From contig CAWCKJ010000003.1 of NCBI GenBank assembly GCA_963796105.1, forward strand, positions 736,001 to 800,000: a DNA stretch of 64,000 bases, in the 5' to 3' direction. Under the pieces are notes generated by a model. That model saw only the letters and a program-made list of their open reading frames with translations, ran no database searches and was not told where the DNA came from. Origin of the DNA: a candidate division FCPU426 bacterium. GTDB taxonomy: Bacteria > Oederibacteriota > Muellerivitia > Muellerivitales > Muellerivitaceae. A program made the position numbers and the translations under genes. How positions within the stretch are numbered: position 1 is the stretch's first letter; each line of letters begins with the position of its first letter. Shown here in pieces: positions 20,611 to 29,833 of the stretch.

Positions 20611-20976
20611 TCAGTTCGCGGCCGCGTGGGCCGCTAACGGGGCTTGCGCTTCGGTTCCCTCGGTAGGGTAACCCGCGTTCGACCACTCCTCGGTGCCGCC
20701 CTTGAAGTCATTGGCCTTGAAACCTTTCCTCTGCAGGGCCTTGGCCGCGTTGGGACCCGCGTTACAGGTCAATCCGGCGCAATAAGTGATGAAGAACTTG
20801 TCCTTCCCGTACTTCTTCTCGACCGCCTGGACGAAATCGTCGTCCTTGAGCCCCATCGGAAGGTTATCGGAGCCCTTGATATGGAGCTTCGCGTAATCAC
20901 TTTCCGGCAGGACATTCAATACCACGACGTTCCCATCCATCATCTTGTCCCTCACGGCTTCTTTCGACATTCCCAT
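20611..20976 (-). CDS. Rhodanese-like domain protein (paralogue 2)
   Basis: 'NVLPESDYAKLHIKGS', 'YCAGLTC', 'GGTEEWSNAGYPTE'. Confidence 0.85.
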   Translation of the reverse strand: MGMSKEAVRDKMMDGNVVVLNVLPESDYAKLHIKGSDNLPMGLKDDDFVQAVEKKYGKDKFFITYCAGLTCNAGPNAAKALQRKGFKANDFKGGTEEWSNAGYPTEGTEAQAPLAAHAAAN

Positions 20977-21015
20977 GCTGACACCCCTTTGGTTTTTGCT
21001 TCTGATACCAGGTAA

Positions 21016-21031
21016 AGCAAGTTCCATACCG
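21016..21031 (-). promoter_or_regulatory. Sigma-54 (-24/-12) promoter for the rhodanese gene
   Basis: Minus strand CGGTATGGAACTTGCT (GG-N10-GC), ~40 bp upstream of the start codon. Confidence 0.65.
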
Positions 21032-21085
21032 GGCGGGAAACGGGGAAATCCCAGCTTTTGATTCTTAAAATACCCGGAGAGGCCG

Positions 21086-21117
21086 ATCAAAATGATCTTC
21101 CGGGCTATCATTTTGAT
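21086..21117. promoter_or_regulatory. Pair of palindromic activator sites ATCA-N3-TGAT
   Basis: ATCAAAATGAT at 21086 and ATCATTTTGAT at 21107, 21 bp apart; a third copy at 24563. Confidence 0.55.
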
Positions 21118-21181
21118 TCCCACTGGAAGACTCCAGGTCAGCCCGACCGCCAAATCACGCGGTTCGAGGCCTTCCCTGCCG

Positions 21182-21197
21182 TGGCTTGCTTCTTGCT
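21182..21197 (+). promoter_or_regulatory. Sigma-54 (-24/-12) promoter for the DUF2934-STAS-pirin genes
   Basis: TGGCTTGCTTCTTGCT (GG-N10-GC). Confidence 0.6.
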
Positions 21198-21262
21198 TTA
21201 CCTATCCTCAGCCGTTCCCAGCGAAACCGGCTTAAGCTCAATTCGCGGTGAAGGAATTTCCC

Positions 21263-21442
21263 ATGGCCAAGGCCAAAACAGCCCAGTTGCCCCCCCTCAA
21301 AACCGGGGATGAAATCAAAAAAAATATCGAGGACGCCGCTTTTTACAGCTGGTTGAACCGCGGCCGTTACGCCCAGGTAGGGGATGAGTTGAGCGATTGG
21401 ATCGACGCGGAGAAGAAGGTGCGCGCGGCGTCCTTAAGGTAA
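21263..21442 (+). CDS. DUF2934-like small protein
   Basis: 'IEDAAFYSWLNRGR...G.ELSDWIDAEKKV' pattern. Confidence 0.7.
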   Translation: MAKAKTAQLPPLKTGDEIKKNIEDAAFYSWLNRGRYAQVGDELSDWIDAEKKVRAASLR

Positions 21443-21534
21443 CCATGCTTATCCCTCCCGGACGATACAAAAATCCCGCTTCTTGTGACACCGTGAAAAT
21501 CCAGGCCCTGCTTGCCCATATCAACGGAGAAAAC

Positions 21535-21897
21535 ATGAAAAACCTATCGGTGGACATTTCGGAATACCCCCCCGACAAAAGCATCACCCTTTTGACCGTC
21601 AAGGGGTACATCGATACCACCACGGGCCCTGAATTCGAGAAAAGTTTCAGGTCGGCCTTGGGCGCAAAAATAACCAAAATGATGATCGACTTGAGGGACG
21701 TGGATTACATCAGCAGCGCCGGCTGGGGCGTCTTTATCAGCGAAATCAGGAAGATCCGGGAGCAAAAAGGGGATTTGGTCCTGGTGGGGATGAAACCCAG
21801 TGTTTTGGACGTGTTCGAGATGCTGCAATTCAACAGCATATTGAAATCTTTTCCCACCCTTATTTCAGCGGTTAAAAAGAGCTTCGGAAATTCCTGA
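21535..21897 (+). CDS. STAS-domain anti-sigma factor antagonist
   Basis: 'GYIDTTT', 'IDLRDVDYISSAGWG' with conserved Ser. Confidence 0.9.
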   Translation: MKNLSVDISEYPPDKSITLLTVKGYIDTTTGPEFEKSFRSALGAKITKMMIDLRDVDYISSAGWGVFISEIRKIREQKGDLVLVGMKPSVLDVFEMLQFNSILKSFPTLISAVKKSFGNS

Positions 21898-21925
21898 CCA
21901 CGTCCATCGCGGCGGAGGGGAAAAT

Positions 21926-22624
21926 ATGATTACCATTAGAAGGTCCGGCGAACGCCGTTTCATCGCCAACGACAACCAAAAGACCCGGATGACCTTCGAC
22001 CCTGAAAACCCGGCCGATCCCATCGGAAACGGTTTCGGGGCGCTGAGGATCTTTAACGAGGAGGTCCTCAAACCGGGCAGGGCTTTCCTGCTCCACACTC
22101 CCAAGGAGGCGGTGATCGTGACCTACGTGCACGAGGGCGTGGTGATCTATTACGGCCCGCTGGATAAAAACACGCTTCTGAGGCCGGGGAGTTTCCACCG
22201 GATCAAGGCGCAGCCTGGCGCTGAGCATTACCTGGCGGGCGCCTCCACCACCGATGACGCGCGCGTCTTCCGGGGAGAGTTCGCCCCCGGCACCGGCTTG
22301 ATGGAGCCTGAGGGAAGGAAGAAGCACTTTACCCTCGCCGAGCGCAAGGGAGTCCTTAAACTCATCGCCTCCCCCGACGGGAAGGAGGCTTCGCTCAAGC
22401 TCCAGCAGGATGTCGAGATGTATTCCACCCTGTTGAACGAGGGAAACCACATGATTCACGAGTTGAAGCCCGGGAGGCGCGCCTGGCTTCACGTAGTAAA
22501 GGGCGCAATCAGACTGGGCGGACTGGACCTGAAAACGGGGGATGGGGCGGGTTTCACGGATGTAATGGGAGTGTCCTTCACGGCCCAAGAGCCTTCCGAA
22601 ATCCTTCTTTTCGACCTGGCTTGA
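21926..22624 (+). CDS. Pirin/YhhW-like bicupin (metal-binding His motif degenerate)
   Basis: 'MITIRRSGERR', 'FGALRIFNEE', 'LIASPDG...LQQD', 'GRRAWLHVVKG', 'EILLFDLA'. Confidence 0.8.
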   Translation: MITIRRSGERRFIANDNQKTRMTFDPENPADPIGNGFGALRIFNEEVLKPGRAFLLHTPKEAVIVTYVHEGVVIYYGPLDKNTLLRPGSFHRIKAQPGAEHYLAGASTTDDARVFRGEFAPGTGLMEPEGRKKHFTLAERKGVLKLIASPDGKEASLKLQQDVEMYSTLLNEGNHMIHELKPGRRAWLHVVKGAIRLGGLDLKTGDGAGFTDVMGVSFTAQEPSEILLFDLA

Positions 22625-22786
22625 TGTTTAATAAGCCTAAATCTCCACCACAGCGGCGCTTCGCGCCGCGCAGTAAGGCGTTTAAATCCGCTTGTTAGCG
22701 GAACTTTTCCCTTATTTTTAACGGCCAATCATTTCGTTCAATTCTTACTGTGGTTCCATCGGAACCCGTGGTGAAACTGTTTCTTT

Positions 22787-24415
22787 CTAGGCCTTATCCG
22801 GTTCCAACAGCTTGTACGCCTTGAGCTTCCGGTAAAGCGTGGCCACACCCACACCCATCAAATCCGCCGCTTTCCTCCGGTTTCCCACCGTTTTTTCCAG
22901 GGCGCCCAGGATGCAATCCCTCTCCACGTCCCTCAACAACCGGGGGGTTCCCTGGCCCGAGACAAGCGGGGTTTCCTGGAGCACTTGGGGGGGAAGATCC
23001 TCGAGATCGACCCGGTTGGTTTTGGCAACCGCGACCGCGCGCTCCATGGCGTTGGCCAGCTCCCTGACGTTGCCTGGCCACGAGTAGCCGAGCAATTGAT
23101 CCGCCGCGGGGGAGGTCAGGCCGTCCACGGGCCTCTTCATGTAAACCGCTGATTCCGCGAGAAGAAGGCGCGCGAGTGGAAGGATGTCCTCCCGGCGCAG
23201 GCGTAACGGCGGGACGGCCAATTCCACGACATTCAGGCGGTAATAAAGGTCCTCCCGGAACCTTTTTCCAGCCACCTCGGCCTTGAGATCCTTGTTGGTG
23301 GCGCTCACGATGCGCACGTTGACGGAGCGGTTCTTGTTCTCGCCCACGCGCCTGACTTCCCTCTCCTGGATCGCCCTGAGGAGCTTCACCTGCATGGGAA
23401 GCGTGATCTCGCCGACCTCGTCCAGGAAAAGCGTCCCGCCGTTGGCCGCCTCGAAGAGCCCCGGCCTATCCGCCGTGGCGCCGGTGAAGGCCCCCCTGGC
23501 GTGGCCGAACAACTCGCTTTCCAGGAGCGTCTCGGTGATGGCCCCGCAATTGACCGCGATAAAGGGTCCGGCCGCGTGGGCCGAGTGGTCGTGCACGAAG
23601 CGCGCCACGCGCTCCTTCCCCGTGCCGCTCTCACCCGTGATGAGCACCGTCGAGTCGATGGCGGAGATGGTCTTGGCGAGTTCCATCAGCTTGCGCATCC
23701 CGGGGCTTCTCGCCATGAGTTCCGCGGGGTCCTCCTCGTTCTTGGCGATGACCGCCAGCTTGCGCGTCCTCTCGTTCAACTCGCTTTCGGTGCGCTTCAG
23801 CCTCGTGGTGACGTCCCTCAAGGCGTCGTCGATCCCGGCCCTCTTGAAGACCGCCAGCTCGCCCTCGACCTCGCCCCCCCATTCCGCCTCGGACTTGATC
23901 ACCACATGGCAGGCCGTGTCGCCCTTCCCGATGCATCTGTCCTCCAGGGCGTACATTTCCTGGTCCAGGACGAAGCTCAAGTAACCGCTGAGGATCCCGC
24001 AAAGGTTCCAGCAGACCGGCTTGTCGGAGCGGCCCTTCAGGAGCAGGTGCTGTTCAGCCTCGTAGGAAACGCGCCAGGTCCCGCCCTCGGGCCCGAAGGC
24101 GCCGGGGCTGTCCGGATCAAGCATGAAAAGGCCCTGCAGGGCCAGGACGCGGGCCCCGGCCATCCGCCAATCGTCCGGGCTTTCCCACTTGAACTTTGAT
24201 TTCATGGCCATCGCCAACCGCCTGCCGTGGATGTACCCGAACCGGCTGAGGATTCCCCTGGCGGTCCTCTCCCCCAGGGTATCGATGAGCTCGCCGCGGA
24301 GCAGGCCCAGGGCCAGGGCGTCGATAATCAGGGCCCTCTGGCCCGAGAAATGAACCATTCCCCCGGAGGGGTCCAGTTCCAGCAGTTCTTTCAAGTCGAG
24401 ATCTTCCAGGCGCAT
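22787..24415 (-). CDS. Sigma-54-dependent activator, XylR/DmpR type (XylR_N-V4R-AAA+-HTH)
   Basis: GESGTGKE, ESELFGH, GAFTGA, WPGNVREL and C-terminal HTH; N-terminal V4R with CW...C...C; AAGGAG RBS before ATG 24415. Confidence 0.9.
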   Translation of the reverse strand: MRLEDLDLKELLELDPSGGMVHFSGQRALIIDALALGLLRGELIDTLGERTARGILSRFGYIHGRRLAMAMKSKFKWESPDDWRMAGARVLALQGLFMLDPDSPGAFGPEGGTWRVSYEAEQHLLLKGRSDKPVCWNLCGILSGYLSFVLDQEMYALEDRCIGKGDTACHVVIKSEAEWGGEVEGELAVFKRAGIDDALRDVTTRLKRTESELNERTRKLAVIAKNEEDPAELMARSPGMRKLMELAKTISAIDSTVLITGESGTGKERVARFVHDHSAHAAGPFIAVNCGAITETLLESELFGHARGAFTGATADRPGLFEAANGGTLFLDEVGEITLPMQVKLLRAIQEREVRRVGENKNRSVNVRIVSATNKDLKAEVAGKRFREDLYYRLNVVELAVPPLRLRREDILPLARLLLAESAVYMKRPVDGLTSPAADQLLGYSWPGNVRELANAMERAVAVAKTNRVDLEDLPPQVLQETPLVSGQGTPRLLRDVERDCILGALEKTVGNRRKAADLMGVGVATLYRKLKAYKLLEPDKA

Positions 24416-24683
24416 AAAGGCTCCTTGACGGAAAGCCCATTTCAAGTGAATGGACAGATGAGGGGTTTTAAGGCCGAGTGGGTTGAACCAAATGGAGGCG
24501 GGAGCTTGGTTCGGATTCAAAAAGGACATTCGCCGGGGCCAGAACCGGGCCAACAACACCCGATCAATATGATTGTACTCCCCTTTGGACTGTTAAAACG
24601 ATAGGCCCGCTAGTTTATTTCCCGTTTTCCGGCGGCAAACCTGTCAATTTGAGCGGTTACCAGTGAATGAAAGGCGCGTTTCA

Positions 24684-25643
24684 TCAAGCGGAATCTCTTC
24701 CATGCTCATCCAGCCAGCATAAGATCCGCTGGATTGATCCGGTGGCAAGCGCGATGCTGGTATCCGCCGCGCCGTAATAAAGATAAATCGTATCCCCGTC
24801 TTCCCCAATGGTCTGGCCGCAGGGAAACACCACGTTCCCCACATCCCCATTCTTTTCGTAAGGAGCCTCAGGGCTGAAAATCCACGAATCGCCCCGGAGC
24901 AGGCATTGCTCCGGCTTATCCAGGGCCATCAAGGCCGCGCCCAGGCGGTAAATGCATCCCGAAGCCGTCTGCCGGACCCCGTGGTAAAGCATCAGCCATC
25001 CCCTGGGCGTCTCGACCAAGGGCCCCGCCAGGCCGACCTTGTTCGCGTCCCACCAAGAGCCCCGCCGCGCGGCCAAGGCAAGCTTGTGATTGCCCCAATT
25101 CTGCAGGTCCGGCGAATAGGATAACCATATATGGGCCCCCGAGTCGGTCGTGGGGCGGTGGAGGAGGGCGTAACTGCCGTCAACGCGCTTTGGCAACAGG
25201 GCCGCGTCCTTGTCGTCCGGCTGCATGACCAATCCGTAGCGCTTGAAGTTCCGGAAATCCGAGGTTTCCGCCAGGGCCACCCCCGGCCCCCCTTTGCTGA
25301 AGGCGGTATAGGCAACGAGATAATTGCCCGTTTCCTCCAGGTAGGTAATCCTCGGGTCCTCGAGTCCCCAGAGTTCCTCAGGGTGTTCCTTGGGTTCGGG
25401 GAGGAGGGTGGGTTTTTCGTCGATCACCCAGCCGTCGATCCCGTTTTTCGAGCGGGCCGCGCAAAAGTGCGACTGCCCGCGGCGGTCCTCCACCCTGCAA
25501 AGCAGGAGCGTCGTGGAGTCCTTCAGGCGCGTCACGCCCGGATTGAAGACCGTGTGGGCCGGATAGGGCCAGTCGGCCGCCGTTAAGATGGGGTTTTTCG
25601 CGTGCCGGTTGAACAAAATCTCGTAGCCTTTGCTTGGTGCCAT
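24684..25643 (-). CDS. GH130-family glycosidase/phosphorylase
   Basis: 'VFNPG', 'GLEDPRIT', 'DKDAALLP', 'GDVGNVVFPCG', 'YYGAADT'. Confidence 0.85.
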   Translation of the reverse strand: MAPSKGYEILFNRHAKNPILTAADWPYPAHTVFNPGVTRLKDSTTLLLCRVEDRRGQSHFCAARSKNGIDGWVIDEKPTLLPEPKEHPEELWGLEDPRITYLEETGNYLVAYTAFSKGGPGVALAETSDFRNFKRYGLVMQPDDKDAALLPKRVDGSYALLHRPTTDSGAHIWLSYSPDLQNWGNHKLALAARRGSWWDANKVGLAGPLVETPRGWLMLYHGVRQTASGCIYRLGAALMALDKPEQCLLRGDSWIFSPEAPYEKNGDVGNVVFPCGQTIGEDGDTIYLYYGAADTSIALATGSIQRILCWLDEHGRDSA

Positions 25644-25686
25644 TGTTTCGTCTCCCTTTTAAATCATTTCTTTGTGTGAAAATTCA

Positions 25687-28032
25687 TTACTTGTCATTGC
25701 TTCGCCGGCCTGCCCTGAGCGACCGAATAGAGTCGAAGGGTTTCGCCCCGCCGGTGCCGTCGGCGGATTGCATCTCGCATAGCGCGAGCAGGAAGGAGAG
25801 CATCGATTCGGCGCCCTGGTTCTCGTTCACCCTGTCTGAATGAAGCCCGTCACAGCACCCGCCGGTCGTGACGTCATAGAGGGGTTGCTGTAACTGGTTT
25901 TCACCCAGGAACCAGTTGAAGGCCCGGCGCGCCCTCTCCATCCACTGGGCGTCTCCCGTGACCCGGCGAGCCTCCAGGCAGGCCGAGACCATCCCGCAGG
26001 CTTCCACGGGCTGCTGGTCGAAGGCCGCCTTGGGACCGCCCCTCGGGTAAAATCCGTTCGAGCCCACCGGCGCGAAATCGCCGTCCTCCGAGCGCTGGAT
26101 GGAAACCAGCCAGGAGAGCGATTCCAGGCCGGCCTCGATCATGGCCTTTTCCTCCATCCAGCTACCCGAGACGATCAAGGCCTGGGAAAGCCGCGCGTTG
26201 CAGTAGGTCACCTTGTCCTCGAACCAGGGCCAGTCCTCTTTCCGGGCGCGCTGGTAAAGCCCCAAAAGCCTCTCCGCGATGGTTTTCCTCACCGATTGCA
26301 CCCCCCGGTCCCCCTCGAAGGCGCGCAGGTACTCGTCGATTCCCAGGAGCGTGAAGGCCCAGGCGCGGGGGCTGGAAAAGCCCTCCACCGCCGGCAGGGC
26401 CGCGTGAAGGAGCCCGCTGCTTAAGCTCAGGCGCCCCGGGTCAAAAGCCCTTCCCACCACGCTCCCCAGCGCCCAGAGGGCCCGTCCGTGGCTTTCCTCG
26501 GAACCGCACGCCTCCTCCCATTGCCGGGAGTAGGGCAGGAAATTGCGGAACCTCCCCTTCCCCGGGTTGAAGGCGTGGTTCACGAAAGCCAGGTACCGGA
26601 AAGCCAGCGCCCGCGTTTCCTTGCCGTCGGTAATGTGGGCGTCGTCAATGAGGGTCATCAGGAGCAGGGCCCGGGCGTTGTCGTCCAGGCAGTAGCCGTC
26701 CTCGTAGCGCGGGATGCTGAATGCCGCGTGCTGGAGCAATCCGGTCCCGTCCGTCATGAGCCGGAGGTGCTCCAGGTTGATCTCGGGCCAATCGACGGGC
26801 CTCTCCACGAGCGTCCTAGCCTGGAACACGGACTTGAGCCTGGCCGCATGCCCGGAGCGGGCCTGGTCGAAACTTTTCAAATAGCGTTTTCCCACGGCGC
26901 TCCAGAGCATTTCCTTTCCCAGGTCGGCGGCGCGGCGTCTCATGGCGAGCCTCTTGGCGTCATCGGAAAGAAGGTCGTTCACGGCTGTCGCGATGGCGCC
27001 CGGGTCCTTCCAGGGAACCAGGACTCCCCTTCCATCCGCGAGAAGCTCGCTGGCGTGCCAGTAGGGCGTGGAGATGACCGCGCGGCCGGAACCCAAGGCG
27101 TAGGCCAGGGTGCCGGAAGTGGTTTGTTCCTTATTAAGGTAGGGGGTGACGTAGATGTCGGCTGCGGAAAGGAATTCGGTGAGTTCCTCCTGGCTGACGA
27201 ACCGGTTGTGGAAAATGATGTTCGATTCCACTCCCAGCTTTTTGGCGCGGTTTTCCAGCCCCAGCCGGTACATTTCCCCGTTGTGGGCCTTGACGTGGGG
27301 ATGGGTGGCGCCCAGAACGATATAAACCGCGTCCGGGTGCCTGGCCAGGATGGCCGGCAAAGCCTCGATGACGTTCTCAATCCCCTTGTCCGGCGAGAGC
27401 AGCCCGAAGGTAAGAAGCACTTTCTTCCCCTCCACTCCCAGCCGGTCCTTATTCGCGCAGTCAAAAGGCACGGTAGGGATGCCGTGAGGGATCAGGTCGA
27501 TCTTTTGGGCGGGAACCCCATGGACCTCCTGGAGGGTGGCGGCGCCGTGCGCCGTCATGACGATGATCCGTTCGGAAAGGCGGGTGATCTCGTCCAAAAC
27601 GGCCCTTTGCAGCTCGTTGGGATTGGTCAGGATGGTGTGGAGGGTCGTGACGATGGGCATCCGGAGCTCCCGCAGGAGCGCCAACAAATGGCCCCCGGCT
27701 TTCCCGCCGAAAATCCCGAATTCGTGCTGGAGGCACAGCACATCCACGGTGTTCACGTTCAGGAAATCCGCGGCCCGCCGATAGGACGCCTGGTCGCTTT
27801 CCGCCAATTCGAAACGCACACGGCCGGGGTAGGAGTAACGCCTCTCCCCGTCGTTCATGGCCAGGACAAAGAGGTCCAGCCCGGGAAATTGGCCTTGGAT
27901 GGCGTCGCCGAGGTCGGAGGTAAAGGTGGCGATACCGCAAAGGCGCGGGAGATGGCTTCCCAGCATGGCTATCTTGCGGACGGCCTTGGGAACTGCGGGT
28001 AGGTTGATGGATCCTCCGACTGCCTGGGCCAT
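25687..28032 (-). CDS. GT4 glycosyltransferase fused to a C-terminal alpha/alpha-toroid (glycosidase-like) domain
   Basis: 'PRLCGIATF', 'QHEFGIFGG', 'SGTLAYALG.G.AVISTPY'; C-terminal 'GYCLDDNARAL', 'FDQQP', 'NQGAES'. Start uncertain. Confidence 0.85.
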   Translation of the reverse strand: MAQAVGGSINLPAVPKAVRKIAMLGSHLPRLCGIATFTSDLGDAIQGQFPGLDLFVLAMNDGERRYSYPGRVRFELAESDQASYRRAADFLNVNTVDVLCLQHEFGIFGGKAGGHLLALLRELRMPIVTTLHTILTNPNELQRAVLDEITRLSERIIVMTAHGAATLQEVHGVPAQKIDLIPHGIPTVPFDCANKDRLGVEGKKVLLTFGLLSPDKGIENVIEALPAILARHPDAVYIVLGATHPHVKAHNGEMYRLGLENRAKKLGVESNIIFHNRFVSQEELTEFLSAADIYVTPYLNKEQTTSGTLAYALGSGRAVISTPYWHASELLADGRGVLVPWKDPGAIATAVNDLLSDDAKRLAMRRRAADLGKEMLWSAVGKRYLKSFDQARSGHAARLKSVFQARTLVERPVDWPEINLEHLRLMTDGTGLLQHAAFSIPRYEDGYCLDDNARALLLMTLIDDAHITDGKETRALAFRYLAFVNHAFNPGKGRFRNFLPYSRQWEEACGSEESHGRALWALGSVVGRAFDPGRLSLSSGLLHAALPAVEGFSSPRAWAFTLLGIDEYLRAFEGDRGVQSVRKTIAERLLGLYQRARKEDWPWFEDKVTYCNARLSQALIVSGSWMEEKAMIEAGLESLSWLVSIQRSEDGDFAPVGSNGFYPRGGPKAAFDQQPVEACGMVSACLEARRVTGDAQWMERARRAFNWFLGENQLQQPLYDVTTGGCCDGLHSDRVNENQGAESMLSFLLALCEMQSADGTGGAKPFDSIRSLRAGRRSNDK

Positions 28033-28179
28033 CCCGAAGGAGGATCGCCGACGGCGACACCACTCTATCACCTGTTGATGGGATAAGAAGCAAGTGTTTT
28101 CAAAAGGTTTTAATTTACCGGGATTTAACCTGCCATTGATGGATAAATAACGCCTGAAATCTAATATTTTATTCAACCA

Positions 28180-28893
28180 ATGGCCAGAGCCGACTTACAC
28201 CTACACACTGACTTCTCCGACGGGCTTCACACCCCGCGCCAGGTCGTCCAATCGGCCTCCAGGGCCGGCCTCCAAATCATTGCCGTCACCGACCACGACA
28301 CCATGGAAGGCGCCTTCCGCGCCCAAGAATACGCCCGCAAGCGCCCGGACCTGGGGGTGGAGGTGGTCCTCGGGGAGGAAGTCAGCTCCGTGAACGGCCA
28401 TATCATCGGGATCTTCCTGGAAAAGTTCATCCCCGCCCGCTTGACGGCCAAGCGGACCGTGGAACTCATCCACCAGCAGGGGGGCATCGCGATCCTAGCC
28501 CATCCCTTCCATATTTACACCGGCAGGTCCAAGGCGGAACCCCGGGCCATCGAGTTGATGGATGATATCCCCTTCGACGGCGTGGAAACGATCAACCACG
28601 GGGATGCCCTTTCCTTTTGGTCGAACCGCAAAGCCCTCAAGGCCCTTTCCAACCGCCCCCGCGTCGCCCACATCGGTTGCAGCGACGCCCACAACGCGAG
28701 ATTCATCGGAATGGGATACACCGAATTTGTCGGAATCACGGCGGAGGACCTGAAGGACTCCATCTTGAAAAAGCAAACCGTGGCCTGTTACAACCGCACT
28801 TGGGGGATGAAGGACATCCTCATCTTCCTGAAAAATTCCGCCCCTGTCCTGAGGCGTTATGTCAGGAAAAAAACCGAACTCGCGCGCACTTGA
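28180..28893 (+). CDS. PHP-domain metal-dependent phosphoesterase
   Basis: 'DLHLHT.FSDG', 'AVTDHD', 'AHP', 'SDAH'. Confidence 0.9.
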   Translation: MARADLHLHTDFSDGLHTPRQVVQSASRAGLQIIAVTDHDTMEGAFRAQEYARKRPDLGVEVVLGEEVSSVNGHIIGIFLEKFIPARLTAKRTVELIHQQGGIAILAHPFHIYTGRSKAEPRAIELMDDIPFDGVETINHGDALSFWSNRKALKALSNRPRVAHIGCSDAHNARFIGMGYTEFVGITAEDLKDSILKKQTVACYNRTWGMKDILIFLKNSAPVLRRYVRKKTELART

Positions 28894-28899
28894 TAGGAC

Positions 28900-28993
28900 A
28901 ATTTTAAATTCTCAATTTTAAGTTTTAAATTTTCAAGGATACCCGTCTGAATTCGGGCCGAAATTTAGGATTCAACATTTAAAATTCAAAATT
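28900..28993. repeat. AT-rich imperfect inverted repeat (heptamer-based hairpin element), copy 2
   Basis: Shares AATTTTAAGTTTT and TTCAACATTTAA with 7797-7887; lies between convergent genes. Confidence 0.55.
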
Positions 28994-29009
28994 GCGCCTT
29001 CGGCGCCCG

Positions 29010-29741
29010 TTACCAGTTGTCGCAGCTTCCCCTCAGCTCCGCGTAACTTTCCGGCGTGTCGATTTCAGCCTGCTTATCCGCCAGTTCCTGCCTGAACCGG
29101 TCGAATACCGGGTCAATCACCCCTGAAACAATCTTCCCGATCTTTTCCTTCCCCTGGGCCCAGGAGGCGGTTTCCAGGGGATGGTTGGGGGTGGGAATAT
29201 CGGCGGCACTCGCCAGGATGTCCCTGAGGATTTTCTGGTATTTGGTATAAACCTCGCGGTGAATTTGAACGTGCCGTTTCTCGTGCGTGAGGGTCGTTTC
29301 GTAGGGACAAGTCCCTTCCCCGTAACCCGAGCTGACGTAAACCTTGAGGCTGTTATAGGAAAAATCCACCCTCAGGTTTTCCACCCACATCTTGAACTCG
29401 TCCTTGAACCACTTCTTGGAGCCGTTGAACTCGTATAGCGCCTCAGACTTGAAATCCGCGACTGTCAACCCGTATATATGGTAGCGTCCGTCGCTTGACG
29501 GGGACCCGTTTTCCAGGCCCTCGATCTGCTGGGTATTCAACTCGTGGGAGATGACCGGTTCCGGGAAGCCGAAAATATATTGGACCGTCGCGCCCGTATC
29601 GCCGGCAACGCCCCCGGCCATGTCGCGCGTGACCTTCTGGTTTTGGATGGAGCTGGAATCCCGCTGGTAATCGTAATAGAGCCAGCCGAAAAAGGCGCCG
29701 AGAAAAAGGACCAGGAAAAGGATGAATTGTTTGGTGCCCAT
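29010..29741 (-). CDS. Membrane-anchored putative Zn peptidase (HExxH)
   Basis: N-terminal TM segment; 'HEKRH' motif. Confidence 0.6.
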   Translation of the reverse strand: MGTKQFILFLVLFLGAFFGWLYYDYQRDSSSIQNQKVTRDMAGGVAGDTGATVQYIFGFPEPVISHELNTQQIEGLENGSPSSDGRYHIYGLTVADFKSEALYEFNGSKKWFKDEFKMWVENLRVDFSYNSLKVYVSSGYGEGTCPYETTLTHEKRHVQIHREVYTKYQKILRDILASAADIPTPNHPLETASWAQGKEKIGKIVSGVIDPVFDRFRQELADKQAEIDTPESYAELRGSCDNW

Positions 29742-29833
29742 GGGTTAAGCTTACACCAAATAGGGGCTTCCACCAAGAAGCCGGGACCGGCGGGACAAGC
29801 GCCTATGAAAATCTTACTTTGACGGATTAGTTC

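Noticed and set aside
26488..28002. 504-aa + strand ORF and other long antisense ORFs over GC-rich genes
   Set aside because: Fully overlap well-supported genes on the opposite strand and have no motifs.
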